A stretch of 64,000 bases of DNA from Patescibacteria group bacterium. Lineage in GTDB: Bacteria; Patescibacteriota; Minisyncoccia; Phycocordibacterales; JAACPR01. Below are positions 26,922 to 36,938 of the stretch, in pieces (positions within the stretch are counted from its first letter, which is position 1; each line of letters opens with the position of its first letter). Where the stretch lies: assembly GCA_022711495.1 (NCBI GenBank), contig JAKLEX010000001.1, forward strand, positions 436,882 through 500,881. Direction: 5' to 3'. The notes under the pieces are model-generated. The model made no database searches and was not told the origin of the DNA. It saw only the letters and a program-made list of their open reading frames with translations. The position numbers and the translations under genes are program-made.

Positions 26922-28190
26922 ATGAAAAGCCGCAAACCCGAACTTCTTTCTCCGATACAGGACTACACTTCCCTGACGGCAGCGATTGATAACGGCGCTG
27001 ACGCAGTATTTTTCGGCATCAAGGGATTCAACATGCGCGCCGGGGCGAAAAATTTCGGCGTAGAAGATTTGCCTAAGATCGTGAAAATCGCGCACAACAA
27101 AAATGTCAAAGTTTACTTGGCCATAAACACGATTATCTACGAAGAAGAACTTGGCCAGATTAGTAAAATTCTGAAAAAAGTACGTGAAGCCAAGGTAGAC
27201 GCCATTATTTGCTGGGATTTAGCCGTAGTGGAAATCGCTCAAAAACTCGGTTTGGAGATTCATTTAAGCACTCAAGCCAGCGTCGCTAATTCAGCTTCGG
27301 CAAAATTTTATAAAAAACTTGGCATCAAAAGAATCGTTCTGGCCCGCGAATGTTCACTGGAACAAATTCGTGAAATAAAAAAGACCGTCGGTATGGAAGT
27401 TGAAGTTTTTATCCACGGCGCCATGTGCGTTTCAATTTCCGGGCGATGTTTCATGTCTCAATATTTATATGGCAAATCAGCCAATCGTGGCGAATGCCGA
27501 CAGCCGTGCCGAAAAAAATATTTAATTAAAGAAGTTGAGGAAGGAAAAGAGTTGGAATTGGGCGAGAATTATGTCTTAAGTCCGAATGATTTGTGCACCA
27601 TAGATTTTATAGAAAAAATACTTGATACCGGCGCGGATTGCCTGAAGATTGAGGGCCGAAACCGCAGTCCAGAATATGTCGCCACAGTAACAAGAGCTTA
27701 CCGAACAATCATTGACTTTATTTGGACAGAGAAAGGAAAAGCCTGGGGCAAAGCCGGCGCCAAGCAAGAAAATAAAGAATATCTAAAGAAACTGGCGGCG
27801 TTAAAACAGAAACTCAATAAAGATTTAGAGAAAGTTTATCATCGCGGAAAAAGCAGCGGATTTTATTTGGGTAAACCAATAAATGAGTGGACAAAAACCG
27901 ATGGCAACGAGGCCGCTCAAACCAAAGCTTTCGTAGGCAAAGTCTGGACCTATTATCCAAAAATCGGCGTGGCGGAAATAATCATCCAGGCTGTGCCCAA
28001 GATTCAGAATGGAGACACTTTAATTTTCCAAGGACCAACAACTGGCAACCGAGAGGAAAAAATAACTTCCATGGAAAAAAATCACAAGAAAATAAAATCC
28101 GCCGGGCAAGGAGAAAAAGTCGCCATAAAATTAAGCGGACCAGTCAGAAGAAATGACGAAGTATATCTGGTAGAACAACTAAAAGCTTAA
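26922..28190 (+). CDS. Peptidase U32 family protein
   Basis: The N-terminus ELLSPIQDYTSLTAAIDNGADAVFFG and the CxxxC-containing core match U32. The start is placed at ATG 26922 so that it does not overlap rarA. Confidence 0.75.
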   Translation: MKSRKPELLSPIQDYTSLTAAIDNGADAVFFGIKGFNMRAGAKNFGVEDLPKIVKIAHNKNVKVYLAINTIIYEEELGQISKILKKVREAKVDAIICWDLAVVEIAQKLGLEIHLSTQASVANSASAKFYKKLGIKRIVLARECSLEQIREIKKTVGMEVEVFIHGAMCVSISGRCFMSQYLYGKSANRGECRQPCRKKYLIKEVEEGKELELGENYVLSPNDLCTIDFIEKILDTGADCLKIEGRNRSPEYVATVTRAYRTIIDFIWTEKGKAWGKAGAKQENKEYLKKLAALKQKLNKDLEKVYHRGKSSGFYLGKPINEWTKTDGNEAAQTKAFVGKVWTYYPKIGVAEIIIQAVPKIQNGDTLIFQGPTTGNREEKITSMEKNHKKIKSAGQGEKVAIKLSGPVRRNDEVYLVEQLKA

Positions 28191-28285
28191 ATCAAAATCC
28201 ATCAGGTTTTCATTATTAGCACATACAAAACACCCGCCAGATGTGGCGGGTGTTTTGTAAAAGACCAAGTCAGTCTACATTATCA

Positions 28286-29668
28286 TTAGTGACTGGCTAT
28301 ATAAGCTCTGGTGATAGGACCAAAGTATCCAGCGGCTGGTGCAATGCCACTAGCAGCTTGGTATGAAGCCAAGGCAGCTTGTGTCAAAGAACCAAAGTAT
28401 CCCATTGATACGCCGGCTGGCATAACAAGGTAACCCTTTGATACTAAGAAAGCTTGCAATTCAGCTACATCAGATCCAGTTGATCCGATAGTTAGGTCTC
28501 TAACAAATAGACTTGTGTTAACCGTAGTTGTCGTAGTTGTCGTAGCCTGACAAATTGCGTTTATCGCAGCTCTGGTGATAGGACCAAAGTATCCAGCGGC
28601 TGGTGCAATGCCGTTAGCAGCTTGGTATGAAGCCAAGGCGGCTTGTGTCAAAGAACCAAAGTATCCCATTGATACGCCGGCTGGCATAACAAGGTAACCC
28701 TTTGATACTAAGAAAGCTTGCAATTCAGCTACGTCAGATCCAGTTGATCCAACCGTTAGATCTCGAGTAATAGACAGACAGGCTGGAGCGGCGCCTTGAG
28801 CGGCTGAAGCTCCGGTATCGCTACGTCTGCCAGAATGACGAGAACCACCGTCATCGTCATCGTCATCATCATCGTCACCTTCTTCACCAACAACGAAATC
28901 AGACAAGTGAGTAGTGGTGAAAGTACATGTGCCGTCGGCGACAAGACAACTATCTCCAGTATCTGCCCAATCACCATCGGCATCTTTTCTGTAGATGTTC
29001 AATGTTACACCGTTGTATTCTTCTCCGACCTCAACTGAAATAGTAATTGCCGGATCAACCGTCAGTCCCAAATCAGGTATACCGAAAGACAACGTTCCTA
29101 CGGCATCAACATTATCAATGTCAAAGACCGAAAGAATTGTATCGGATGCAGCCAACGCAGAGAAGTCACCGGCTTCTTCAGCAGTGAAAGTCGTGCCGGC
29201 AGGAATCGTAACGACGATACCGTCAGCAATCGTCAAAGTCGTAGTCGCATTGAAGGTAACCATAGTTGTGTCTTCAATGTCGCCGCCATTTGGGATCATG
29301 ACTCCCATCTGTACGAGACTTTCAATGTCTTCAGCGGTAATTTGGTATCCGAGGTCGTCGTCGTACTCAACTCCTTCTGCCAAATAACCATAACCGTAGC
29401 CGTAGCCGTATTGCGAGAGGTTTCCTCCGCCAGTTCGGTATCCGGAGAATGTGCCGCCATCAAACCCGTAGCCATAGCCGTAACCATAGCCGTAGCCGTA
29501 ACCCCAGCCTTCAGCGCCATCTCTTCTGGCGAATTCAGCTTGAGCGATTCCGGCTAAAACAAAAAGGGACAGGGTCAGCACCACAACTGCCTCTCTTGTT
29601 GTCAAGATCTTGCGCAAGATCGTTTTAACTTTTAACATCATCTCAATAATTTTACTTGATAAACACAA
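28286..29668 (-). CDS. Secreted protein with two tandem peptidoglycan-binding (PG_binding_1-like) domains and low-complexity regions (GY repeats, poly-Asp, poly-Thr)
   Basis: A signal/TM N-terminus is followed by GYGYGYGYGYG, an Ig-like middle region, DDDDDDDDD, then two nearly identical ~88-aa units DLTIGSTGSDVAELQAFLVSKGYLVMPAGVSMGYFGSLTQAALASYQAANGIAPAAGYFGPITRA. Confidence 0.7.
   Translation of the reverse strand: MCLSSKIIEMMLKVKTILRKILTTREAVVVLTLSLFVLAGIAQAEFARRDGAEGWGYGYGYGYGYGYGFDGGTFSGYRTGGGNLSQYGYGYGYGYLAEGVEYDDDLGYQITAEDIESLVQMGVMIPNGGDIEDTTMVTFNATTTLTIADGIVVTIPAGTTFTAEEAGDFSALAASDTILSVFDIDNVDAVGTLSFGIPDLGLTVDPAITISVEVGEEYNGVTLNIYRKDADGDWADTGDSCLVADGTCTFTTTHLSDFVVGEEGDDDDDDDDDGGSRHSGRRSDTGASAAQGAAPACLSITRDLTVGSTGSDVAELQAFLVSKGYLVMPAGVSMGYFGSLTQAALASYQAANGIAPAAGYFGPITRAAINAICQATTTTTTTVNTSLFVRDLTIGSTGSDVAELQAFLVSKGYLVMPAGVSMGYFGSLTQAALASYQAASGIAPAAGYFGPITRAYIASH
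28295..28770. repeat. Near-identical tandem duplication (period 264 bp, two copies) inside the CDS
   Basis: Units starting at 28295 and 28559 differ by only a handful of SNPs over about 200 bp. Confidence 0.85.
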
Positions 29669-29731
29669 AGAAAAGGGTTAATCTAAACCTTAGTCTTTTC
29701 TTTACTTCTAAAGTATATCACGCATGTTTAT

Positions 29732-31270
29732 ATGGACAACGATTTTCCCATTAGTTATGCACAGGCGATTTGGAAACGCAAAAAGCTGTTAATCGGATTA
29801 TTTATAGGCATATTTTTAGCCGTCGGATTTTCCCTGCGAGCTTATCATCTGGGCTCACAATCTCTCTGGATTGACGAGGGTTACACCATAAATGCAAGCT
29901 TAGCCATAGAGGAACACGGCTATCCGCTGCTCGGTTCTGGTGAATTTTACAATCAAGGACTGGGCCTGGGTTATCTGACTGCCGGATTTATGGGAATCTT
30001 CGGCTTTGATCAATTTTCGCCTTGGAGTGCTCGAGTTCCCTCGGTAATTTTTGGAGTACTCACGATAATCGCCGGATTTTTATTGGCCAGAAAACTTTTC
30101 CCCGAAACGGCCGTACCGTGGATAACTGGAGTTCTTCTCACCTTTTCAACTTGGGAAATCGCCTGGTCCAGACAGGCCCGTGGATATGTCGCTTTGCAAT
30201 TTTTTATTATCCTTTCACTTTACTTCTTCCAGAAATGGCTGGAGAGCAAATCAAAAAAATATCTGGCTTATTTTGTTCTGCTCTTTTTAGGCGCGTATCT
30301 GTCGCACACAATTGCGCCACTTTTCGTACCGGCATATATTGTAATTTTTATCTTATACACGATACTTCATCCGGAAAATCGACCGACCAGAAAACAAATG
30401 GCAACCGCCGGAATTATCGGTGTCATTCTGGTGATTGGTTATCTGTGGATCAGTGAAATAGATCTAATTGGTTACAATTACTCAAAAATTTATTTGGATT
30501 ATCTTCTGAAAGAACTTTGGCTGTTTGTGTTTTTATCCGCCATCGCCGTGATCGCGATGATCTTTGACAAAAAACGTTTCTGGCCAATTATCTTTTTGCT
30601 CTCCGTGATATTGATACCTCTAACCATAATTATGGAATACGGACAGGTCGCGCAAATCCGATATTTGTTTCCGCTATTCCCTTTTATGATTATGCTATCG
30701 GCCTACCCGGTTAGTCTGTTGATACAACAAGTCGGTAAAAAAATATTTAGGAGTTTCAACGGAAGTCGGCTGACTATAAATTTATTCTCCGTGTTGCTTA
30801 GCGTAATTATTTTCGGAAGTCATTTAACTTTTGCCACAAAAACCACGTATAATTTAGAGTGGGATTCCCCTCAACCAAATTTTAAATCTGCCTATTCCTT
30901 GATCGCCAAAATAAAGGGTCAGAATGACTTGATCGTATCTCCTTACGCCATGATGACTAAAATTTATCTCGGCGGTGAAGGTCTTTGGTTACCAGTGAGT
31001 CTTACGGGTAGGAAAGATGATCTTGAAATACTCATCGTCGATGGCAAAGATTATTATACTGGAGCAGAAATGGTGGCAAATATAGAACAATTAGATGAAA
31101 TTTTAACGAAACAAACGGGCTTTGTTGTTTTAGATGGAATGGCTTGTAATCGACTCATAAAAGGCTGCGATTCCATTGCAAAATATCCGACAGTAAAACA
31201 GATATATGGATCTGGCACAGGATTAAGTGGAATTGGAATATTTCATTTTGAGACGAAAAAGACAAAATAA
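29732..31270 (+). CDS. Glycosyltransferase family 39 / ArnT-like polytopic membrane transferase
   Basis: The N-terminus ...LRAYHLGSQSLWIDEGYTINASLAIEEHGYP has the extracytoplasmic DE motif after TM1 that typifies GT-C PMT/ArnT enzymes. There are about 12 TM segments. Confidence 0.6.
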   Translation: MDNDFPISYAQAIWKRKKLLIGLFIGIFLAVGFSLRAYHLGSQSLWIDEGYTINASLAIEEHGYPLLGSGEFYNQGLGLGYLTAGFMGIFGFDQFSPWSARVPSVIFGVLTIIAGFLLARKLFPETAVPWITGVLLTFSTWEIAWSRQARGYVALQFFIILSLYFFQKWLESKSKKYLAYFVLLFLGAYLSHTIAPLFVPAYIVIFILYTILHPENRPTRKQMATAGIIGVILVIGYLWISEIDLIGYNYSKIYLDYLLKELWLFVFLSAIAVIAMIFDKKRFWPIIFLLSVILIPLTIIMEYGQVAQIRYLFPLFPFMIMLSAYPVSLLIQQVGKKIFRSFNGSRLTINLFSVLLSVIIFGSHLTFATKTTYNLEWDSPQPNFKSAYSLIAKIKGQNDLIVSPYAMMTKIYLGGEGLWLPVSLTGRKDDLEILIVDGKDYYTGAEMVANIEQLDEILTKQTGFVVLDGMACNRLIKGCDSIAKYPTVKQIYGSGTGLSGIGIFHFETKKTK

Positions 31271-31274
31271 AAAG

Positions 31275-33452
31275 ATGAATAAGGAAATGTTGATAACGAG
31301 AATACTACTTTTAATCGGAACTATTGGTGCGGCAATTTTATTCTTTGTTTCCACATTTATTCTGGTCAAAACCCTGACGATTTTAATAATTATTTCCATA
31401 ACTTATTATTTCAAAAAGTTTGATCACGAATGGGCGATCTCGCTATTAAGGAAAGTGGCGGAGATAAAATTTAACTGGTCGTGGCTAAATTCCATAATCA
31501 AAAAAATAAGAGGGGTAAGGGTAAGTAAGGGGAAATTATTAAGGATAGTTTCTTGGTTATTTTTGTTTTGTTTGGTTATCTTAACTCTTTCTCAATTTGA
31601 TCTTTTCAAAAAGATCGGCTTCCGATTAGATGAGAATGGAAATATAACTTTGATTATCTTGGCGATTATTTTGGGGTTTATCACTTTTTATGTAAACAGA
31701 AAAAAGATTGGGGCCGAAATAGATAAAGAACAAGATGAAGAGGTGCTGGCAGAACAAAAAAGATCGGGCGAATTTTCTGAAAAATTTCCGGGAATAAACA
31801 GGATTCCGATTTTGAGAGGCCTTGTAAGATGGCTGTATAAAGAGGGGTGGTGGTCTAGTATTTGCGTTCTTGTCGTCTTGGTTTTTGCTTCTTCACTAAT
31901 TTATCCGAATCTTGGAGGGGCAGATCTTTATCATGATGAAAGTTGGCATATTAATGTTATAGACAGCCTGATTAGGGGCGATGGTTTTTATTTGAGAAAC
32001 TATATTACAGATGAGCCCACAACGAGTTACGATCATGGATACTTAACTAATTTAGGTAGTTATTTTTTTTATTCTCTTTTCCCGGGATCCATATTTTGGA
32101 TAAGATTTTTTGTCGCAACGATAAGTTTATTAAACCTTCTCCTCATTTATCTAATTTTCAAATCTTATGTTCCGAAATTAATCAGCTTATTAATAAGCTT
32201 CTTCACCTCATATAATATTATATTCCTATACATGGCCAGATTCTTAAGGCCATATCCATTGTTTTTGACCTTTTATCTTTTAGTTTTTTATTTTTTAATC
32301 CGATTACCCGGGCACACAGAAAAAGAAGATAAAAAATCTCTTTACCTATCATTGGCAGGCATACTAGTTTTCTCTATCGGGGCTCTCATTGAAAGAGAAA
32401 TGGCCAAGATACTATTCCTGCTACTGCCGTTATGCTCGGTTCCCCTAATAATTAATCACCGAGAGGTTGTGTTCGGATTATTTAAAAAAATAAATAAAAA
32501 GATAATCTTTATAATTATTTTTTTAATAATCATCTTGCTCCTATTTTTAGATTCTTTCAACATCATACACTTATCAATCGTGATTAAACAAATTCCCGAG
32601 CAACTTTCACTACAAACCCTTTTAAATCCAAACTACGACTATTACTATTATTTATTAGGTGCTCAGATGAGAGGAATTATATTATCTGCTCTTTTATTCA
32701 TATTTGGGACGGCATACTTAGTTTATTCCAGTGTAGTTAAAAATAAATTTTATACTTTTTGTCTACTCATTTTTGCTCTTGTTCCCTTCATAATAAGCGT
32801 ATACTTTTTGAAAACGTCTGAGGATTTTAGATATATTTACCACCTGATTCCGTTCTTCGCGGCCATAATTATTATAGGAATCTATATAATATCTATTTTT
32901 ATGTTCAATAGAAAAAATATGAGATTTATTTTTTGTATTTTCTTTCTCTTGTTTATGACCTCAAAGCCCCTGGTTCCCTTCTTGGAAAATTCGAACCCAC
33001 TATTCATCAAGTCTATAACGAAATGGGAAAATGATGATGGCAAGACCTATCTACATAGACGAGCAGTTGCCCCGGATTATACTAGGGCCTACGATTATCT
33101 TAATGAGAATCAGGAGCCAAGAGACGTCGTAATAATTAACGAGGCGTCTTGGAATCTTAAACCCCAAAAAGATGTGAGTTATTATTCAGTTGATAGTCTG
33201 TGGAATTATAGTAAAAATTACATAAATTCTCGAGATGGAACTATCATTGATTTTTTTGATCTGGTAAAAGAAAATGATGGCGGCAAAATGTGGTTTTTAG
33301 GTGCTTATGTTCACATGCTTGATAATAATGTAAATGAGTATCTTTTGAAAAACTGCAAAAATGTGGCGGGGGGGTTAAATATAAAGATGTATAATTATAC
33401 TTCATATTATGAGAATCGCTTTTATTGGCCGAATCTATTCTTGTGTGACTAA
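31275..33452 (+). CDS. Large polytopic membrane protein, possibly a second GT-C (GT39/ArnT-like) transferase
   Basis: About 726 aa with many TM segments. An HDESWHIN motif follows an early TM helix. The sequence is AT-rich and low-complexity. Start chosen at ATG 31275. Confidence 0.4.
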   Translation: MNKEMLITRILLLIGTIGAAILFFVSTFILVKTLTILIIISITYYFKKFDHEWAISLLRKVAEIKFNWSWLNSIIKKIRGVRVSKGKLLRIVSWLFLFCLVILTLSQFDLFKKIGFRLDENGNITLIILAIILGFITFYVNRKKIGAEIDKEQDEEVLAEQKRSGEFSEKFPGINRIPILRGLVRWLYKEGWWSSICVLVVLVFASSLIYPNLGGADLYHDESWHINVIDSLIRGDGFYLRNYITDEPTTSYDHGYLTNLGSYFFYSLFPGSIFWIRFFVATISLLNLLLIYLIFKSYVPKLISLLISFFTSYNIIFLYMARFLRPYPLFLTFYLLVFYFLIRLPGHTEKEDKKSLYLSLAGILVFSIGALIEREMAKILFLLLPLCSVPLIINHREVVFGLFKKINKKIIFIIIFLIIILLLFLDSFNIIHLSIVIKQIPEQLSLQTLLNPNYDYYYYLLGAQMRGIILSALLFIFGTAYLVYSSVVKNKFYTFCLLIFALVPFIISVYFLKTSEDFRYIYHLIPFFAAIIIIGIYIISIFMFNRKNMRFIFCIFFLLFMTSKPLVPFLENSNPLFIKSITKWENDDGKTYLHRRAVAPDYTRAYDYLNENQEPRDVVIINEASWNLKPQKDVSYYSVDSLWNYSKNYINSRDGTIIDFFDLVKENDGGKMWFLGAYVHMLDNNVNEYLLKNCKNVAGGLNIKMYNYTSYYENRFYWPNLFLCD

Positions 33453-33510
33453 TTTTGTAAAATAAGAACAAATAATGCCGTTGGCAACGGTAGGTGGCCA
33501 AAAATAAAAA

Positions 33511-34737
33511 TCAAACTAGAACTTTTTTGACTTCAATCCAATTTAGAAATAGATAAGGTACATACGAGATTGAAGTTGCAATTGCCGCTCCGCTGGCGCC
33601 ATACCGCGGGATCAAAACAAAATTTAGAATTATATTTAAAATAATAGAGATTGATAAATTGACCGCTCTTTTCTTTGCTAATCCTCTATAGTCCAGAAGT
33701 GAGCTCAGGAATATAGAGTACGAGAACATTATTAAATACGGCATCAATAGCCGCAGCGGAAGGACAGATTCTGCATAATTTTCCCCATAAATCAACGGAA
33801 TAAAAAACCGAGAAAAGAAAATAATCAGAGATGTTATCGACCCAAATACAACCGTATTTATCTTTAATAATTTATAAAACAGCTTTTTCAAAGTTTCTTT
33901 ATTTTCCATATTCATATTCGCAAAGAGAGGCATTACTCCCATAGAAATAGCTATGGCAATATGTGGAATATTCGTTATAAGTTCTTTGGCTACTGAATAA
34001 ATCCCAACTTCGTAGTCCCCCCTAAGGAATCCAATCATAACGGTATCTAATGACGTGGCTATCCAAAAACCCACGCTCACAAAAAACAAAGGAACACTAT
34101 ACCGAAAAATTTCTTTATCAAAATTTTCATTAGAAGGTCCTGCTCCACGATAGAAGTTAAAGTAAAGCAAACAAAATCCGACCGTGGCGGTAATAAGCAG
34201 AGCCAAAGAATATGAATTCACCACGGAGGCTAGGCTGGCCGAAAACATTAAAAACAAAATCGCGAATATCAGTTTTAATCCGTATTCAATAAAATTGATG
34301 ATGAGATTATATTTATTTCTGTGCAGACCAATGAAGACGGCTTTTAGATATTCAGATAGCCCGGATAAAAATATAAGCGGAACGGCCAAGAGAAATAAGT
34401 TCTCCATCTCTGGCCTATCAATTAACATGGCCAAAGGTTTATATAGAATCAACAATACGATAGAAAAAACAAGGCTCAGTAAAATTCTTAACTTAACGGA
34501 AGATTTTAAGACTGAACTAAGTTTTTCTGTCTTATTGTGTTCCGCGACATATTTCATCGCAGAAGTGTTAATTCCCCAATAAGAAAAAAGCAAAATGATT
34601 GACAGGGTTGAGAAAAAGAAAGACCACAGACCGAACTTTTCAACCCCCAGGAATCTGGCCAAAAAGATATTAATTGCGTACACCAGAAGAAAAGTTGTCC
34701 CCTTAGCGAGAAAGGACCAGATTGTTTCCTTGACCAT
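33511..34737 (-). CDS. Wzx-like oligosaccharide flippase (polysaccharide biosynthesis protein, MOP superfamily)
   Basis: About 12 TM segments, with the polysaccharide-biosynthesis-protein pattern FLARFLGVEKFGLWSFFFS. Confidence 0.65.
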   Translation of the reverse strand: MVKETIWSFLAKGTTFLLVYAINIFLARFLGVEKFGLWSFFFSTLSIILLFSYWGINTSAMKYVAEHNKTEKLSSVLKSSVKLRILLSLVFSIVLLILYKPLAMLIDRPEMENLFLLAVPLIFLSGLSEYLKAVFIGLHRNKYNLIINFIEYGLKLIFAILFLMFSASLASVVNSYSLALLITATVGFCLLYFNFYRGAGPSNENFDKEIFRYSVPLFFVSVGFWIATSLDTVMIGFLRGDYEVGIYSVAKELITNIPHIAIAISMGVMPLFANMNMENKETLKKLFYKLLKINTVVFGSITSLIIFFSRFFIPLIYGENYAESVLPLRLLMPYLIMFSYSIFLSSLLDYRGLAKKRAVNLSISIILNIILNFVLIPRYGASGAAIATSISYVPYLFLNWIEVKKVLV

Positions 34738-34779
34738 CTTTCCTCTATTTATTCTTTCTAACGAATTTCCAAGTATCAT

Positions 34780-35784
34780 TTACTTGATAATCTCAAAAAC
34801 CTCATCGATTGATTTGCGATGAGACTGACATATCTTTACTTTATCTGGATAATGACCGACGGCGACAATCATAATAACTGATTCGCTTTTATTTAATTTT
34901 AAGATTTTTCTCAATTTAATATCCTTAGTAAAATCCACAGACCAGTTTAAGCAACATGACCCGATGCCGAGAGCGTGTAAAGAATATACCACGCTCATTG
35001 AAAACATCCCGCCATCAATAAATACTTGGTTTCTTTCATTACTACCACTAAAATGATTTATATCTCCCGCAATGACAAGTATTTTTGAAATTGTGTGATC
35101 AAATCCCCTAATTCCCCCATGCACGGCCAGAATGGATTTGATTAACTTCTCATCAATAACATAATACGCTTTCCACCCTTGCCTATTACACACAGACGGA
35201 GTTTTTGTTGAAAGCCACACGGCCCTCTTAATTAAATCCGGGTCAATTGTCTCTGGAGAAAAATTTCTGATACTATAGCGGGACAAAAAAAATCTTTCCG
35301 GGTCTATCCATCTCGTGACAGACGCCAGCTGCTCTTTAGACTTTTCAATAACTCCCCCGGTCCTCCAATCAGATAAATTGTGGCCCTTTTCTAAGGCAGA
35401 AACTTTCTTGTCTAGGTTTTCAATATGTAGGTTATATCGGCCTATCTTCTTATGGAATTCAACATATTCTCGCAATGTGTGTATCGCATTTTTTACAGGG
35501 ACATCAAACCCATATCTTGGTGAAAATAATTTTATGTTTGTCAAAATCTTCGATATAGTATCCTTTCCCGAAAAAGGCTTGAATTCATCGACGGAAAGAG
35601 ATTTTTCTAGCTTATGGCAATCACGATTCATTAAGGCGTGATACTGCGTTTTATTCCTCGGGTGCCCCCCCATAATAGAATACTTTATATAGCGAGAAAA
35701 GTCATAAAGATAACTAAGCGGAAGAAAAAATAGATTTCGAACTTTGTTAATATTTCTTTTAAGACGGATGATTATTACATTCAT
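34780..35784 (-). CDS. Nitroreductase-family protein (C-terminal nitroreductase fold)
   Basis: C-terminal RAVWLSTKTPSVCNRQGWKAYYV...MIVAVGHYPD resembles the nitroreductase fold. The N-terminal 130 aa are unassigned. Confidence 0.5.
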   Translation of the reverse strand: MNVIIIRLKRNINKVRNLFFLPLSYLYDFSRYIKYSIMGGHPRNKTQYHALMNRDCHKLEKSLSVDEFKPFSGKDTISKILTNIKLFSPRYGFDVPVKNAIHTLREYVEFHKKIGRYNLHIENLDKKVSALEKGHNLSDWRTGGVIEKSKEQLASVTRWIDPERFFLSRYSIRNFSPETIDPDLIKRAVWLSTKTPSVCNRQGWKAYYVIDEKLIKSILAVHGGIRGFDHTISKILVIAGDINHFSGSNERNQVFIDGGMFSMSVVYSLHALGIGSCCLNWSVDFTKDIKLRKILKLNKSESVIMIVAVGHYPDKVKICQSHRKSIDEVFEIIK

Positions 35785-36938
35785 AAAAGCTTTTTCATTA
35801 TTAGATTATTAAAATCTTCTAAATCCTTACTTATCCTGACCAGTCCTCTTTCTATTATTGGGAGATATTTTGACTTCCAGTTAAATAATATCTCCTCTTT
35901 TTTATTTATGATAACACCTAGATTATTTTTTTGCTCTTTCATATCAACATACAAATCCTCAAGGCCAATATAGGATAAAAATAAAAACTTTTTGCTTTTA
36001 TCTCTGGGACAATCCGTCGTCTCAATGGACAAAAAAGGAGTCCTGTTTCTAATGCTAAAGATGGTCCCGTGAAAAGAATCCGTGACATTGAAACTTAATT
36101 CGCCAAATATTTTTGCCCACTGAAATGTGTTAATTACGTGATCAACGTTCAGATCTGTATTAAAGTTATTCGTCAATCCAAGTACTCCGCGATCAGAACT
36201 GGTCACCAGATATCTTTTTATGTGGTCAGGATAATTATCGTGATATATCTGGAGGCCGCAGGGCTTGGGATGTTTTTTAAAAAAAGATAATATCGTGTCT
36301 GGATATGAGACATCTCCATTAATTGGAACAAAAAAGGATGGGTCAGGGGTTATGGTCGCATCATCTCTATTGATAATATTTTTTGTGAACTTATCACGAA
36401 CAGAAACAATCGAAAAATCAGAGATTAAATCATGAATTTTTTCTTTATTTGATTCAAGTAAAGAAACGTCGGTTCCAAACGCGGATGTAGAAAATGAAAT
36501 CTTTCTGGCATCAGTTTTATAAGGTAACCAGTATTGATTGGGAAACGGCGGAAAAGGAAATTTTTTGGTTATTCTCCAAATGCAATCACTTCCGGAGACC
36601 AGAATATCTTCCTTTGACAAAAGCCTTGAAACTTTTTTCAAACTCATTTTTTCTAAGGAAAGAGTCCTGTTGGCATCTTTATTAATCAACTTATACCGAC
36701 GCCACTTTTGCAAACCGCCCCTATTTTGGGGAATGGCACGTAATAACTCATAAACAGAAAAAGAAAGGGGTAATTTATCAATGATCTTAACATCTGAATC
36801 GGGAAACAAAGTCTTGAAATTTAACTGTAGTCCATATGCCTGCAATAATGCTCCCCTGTTTATAACCTTATGATATGTGACAATTCTTATCTTCATTTTA
36901 CTGAATTCCTCGTGGCCTTTATTTTCATAATATTTCAC
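35781..36938 (-). CDS. Polysaccharide pyruvyl transferase family protein
   Basis: N-terminal KIRIVTYHKVINRGALLQAYGLQ matches the PS_pyruv_trans start motif (compare ILTFHRAHNYGAVLQAYALQ). Confidence 0.6.
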   Translation of the reverse strand: MKYYENKGHEEFSKMKIRIVTYHKVINRGALLQAYGLQLNFKTLFPDSDVKIIDKLPLSFSVYELLRAIPQNRGGLQKWRRYKLINKDANRTLSLEKMSLKKVSRLLSKEDILVSGSDCIWRITKKFPFPPFPNQYWLPYKTDARKISFSTSAFGTDVSLLESNKEKIHDLISDFSIVSVRDKFTKNIINRDDATITPDPSFFVPINGDVSYPDTILSFFKKHPKPCGLQIYHDNYPDHIKRYLVTSSDRGVLGLTNNFNTDLNVDHVINTFQWAKIFGELSFNVTDSFHGTIFSIRNRTPFLSIETTDCPRDKSKKFLFLSYIGLEDLYVDMKEQKNNLGVIINKKEEILFNWKSKYLPIIERGLVRISKDLEDFNNLIMKKLL

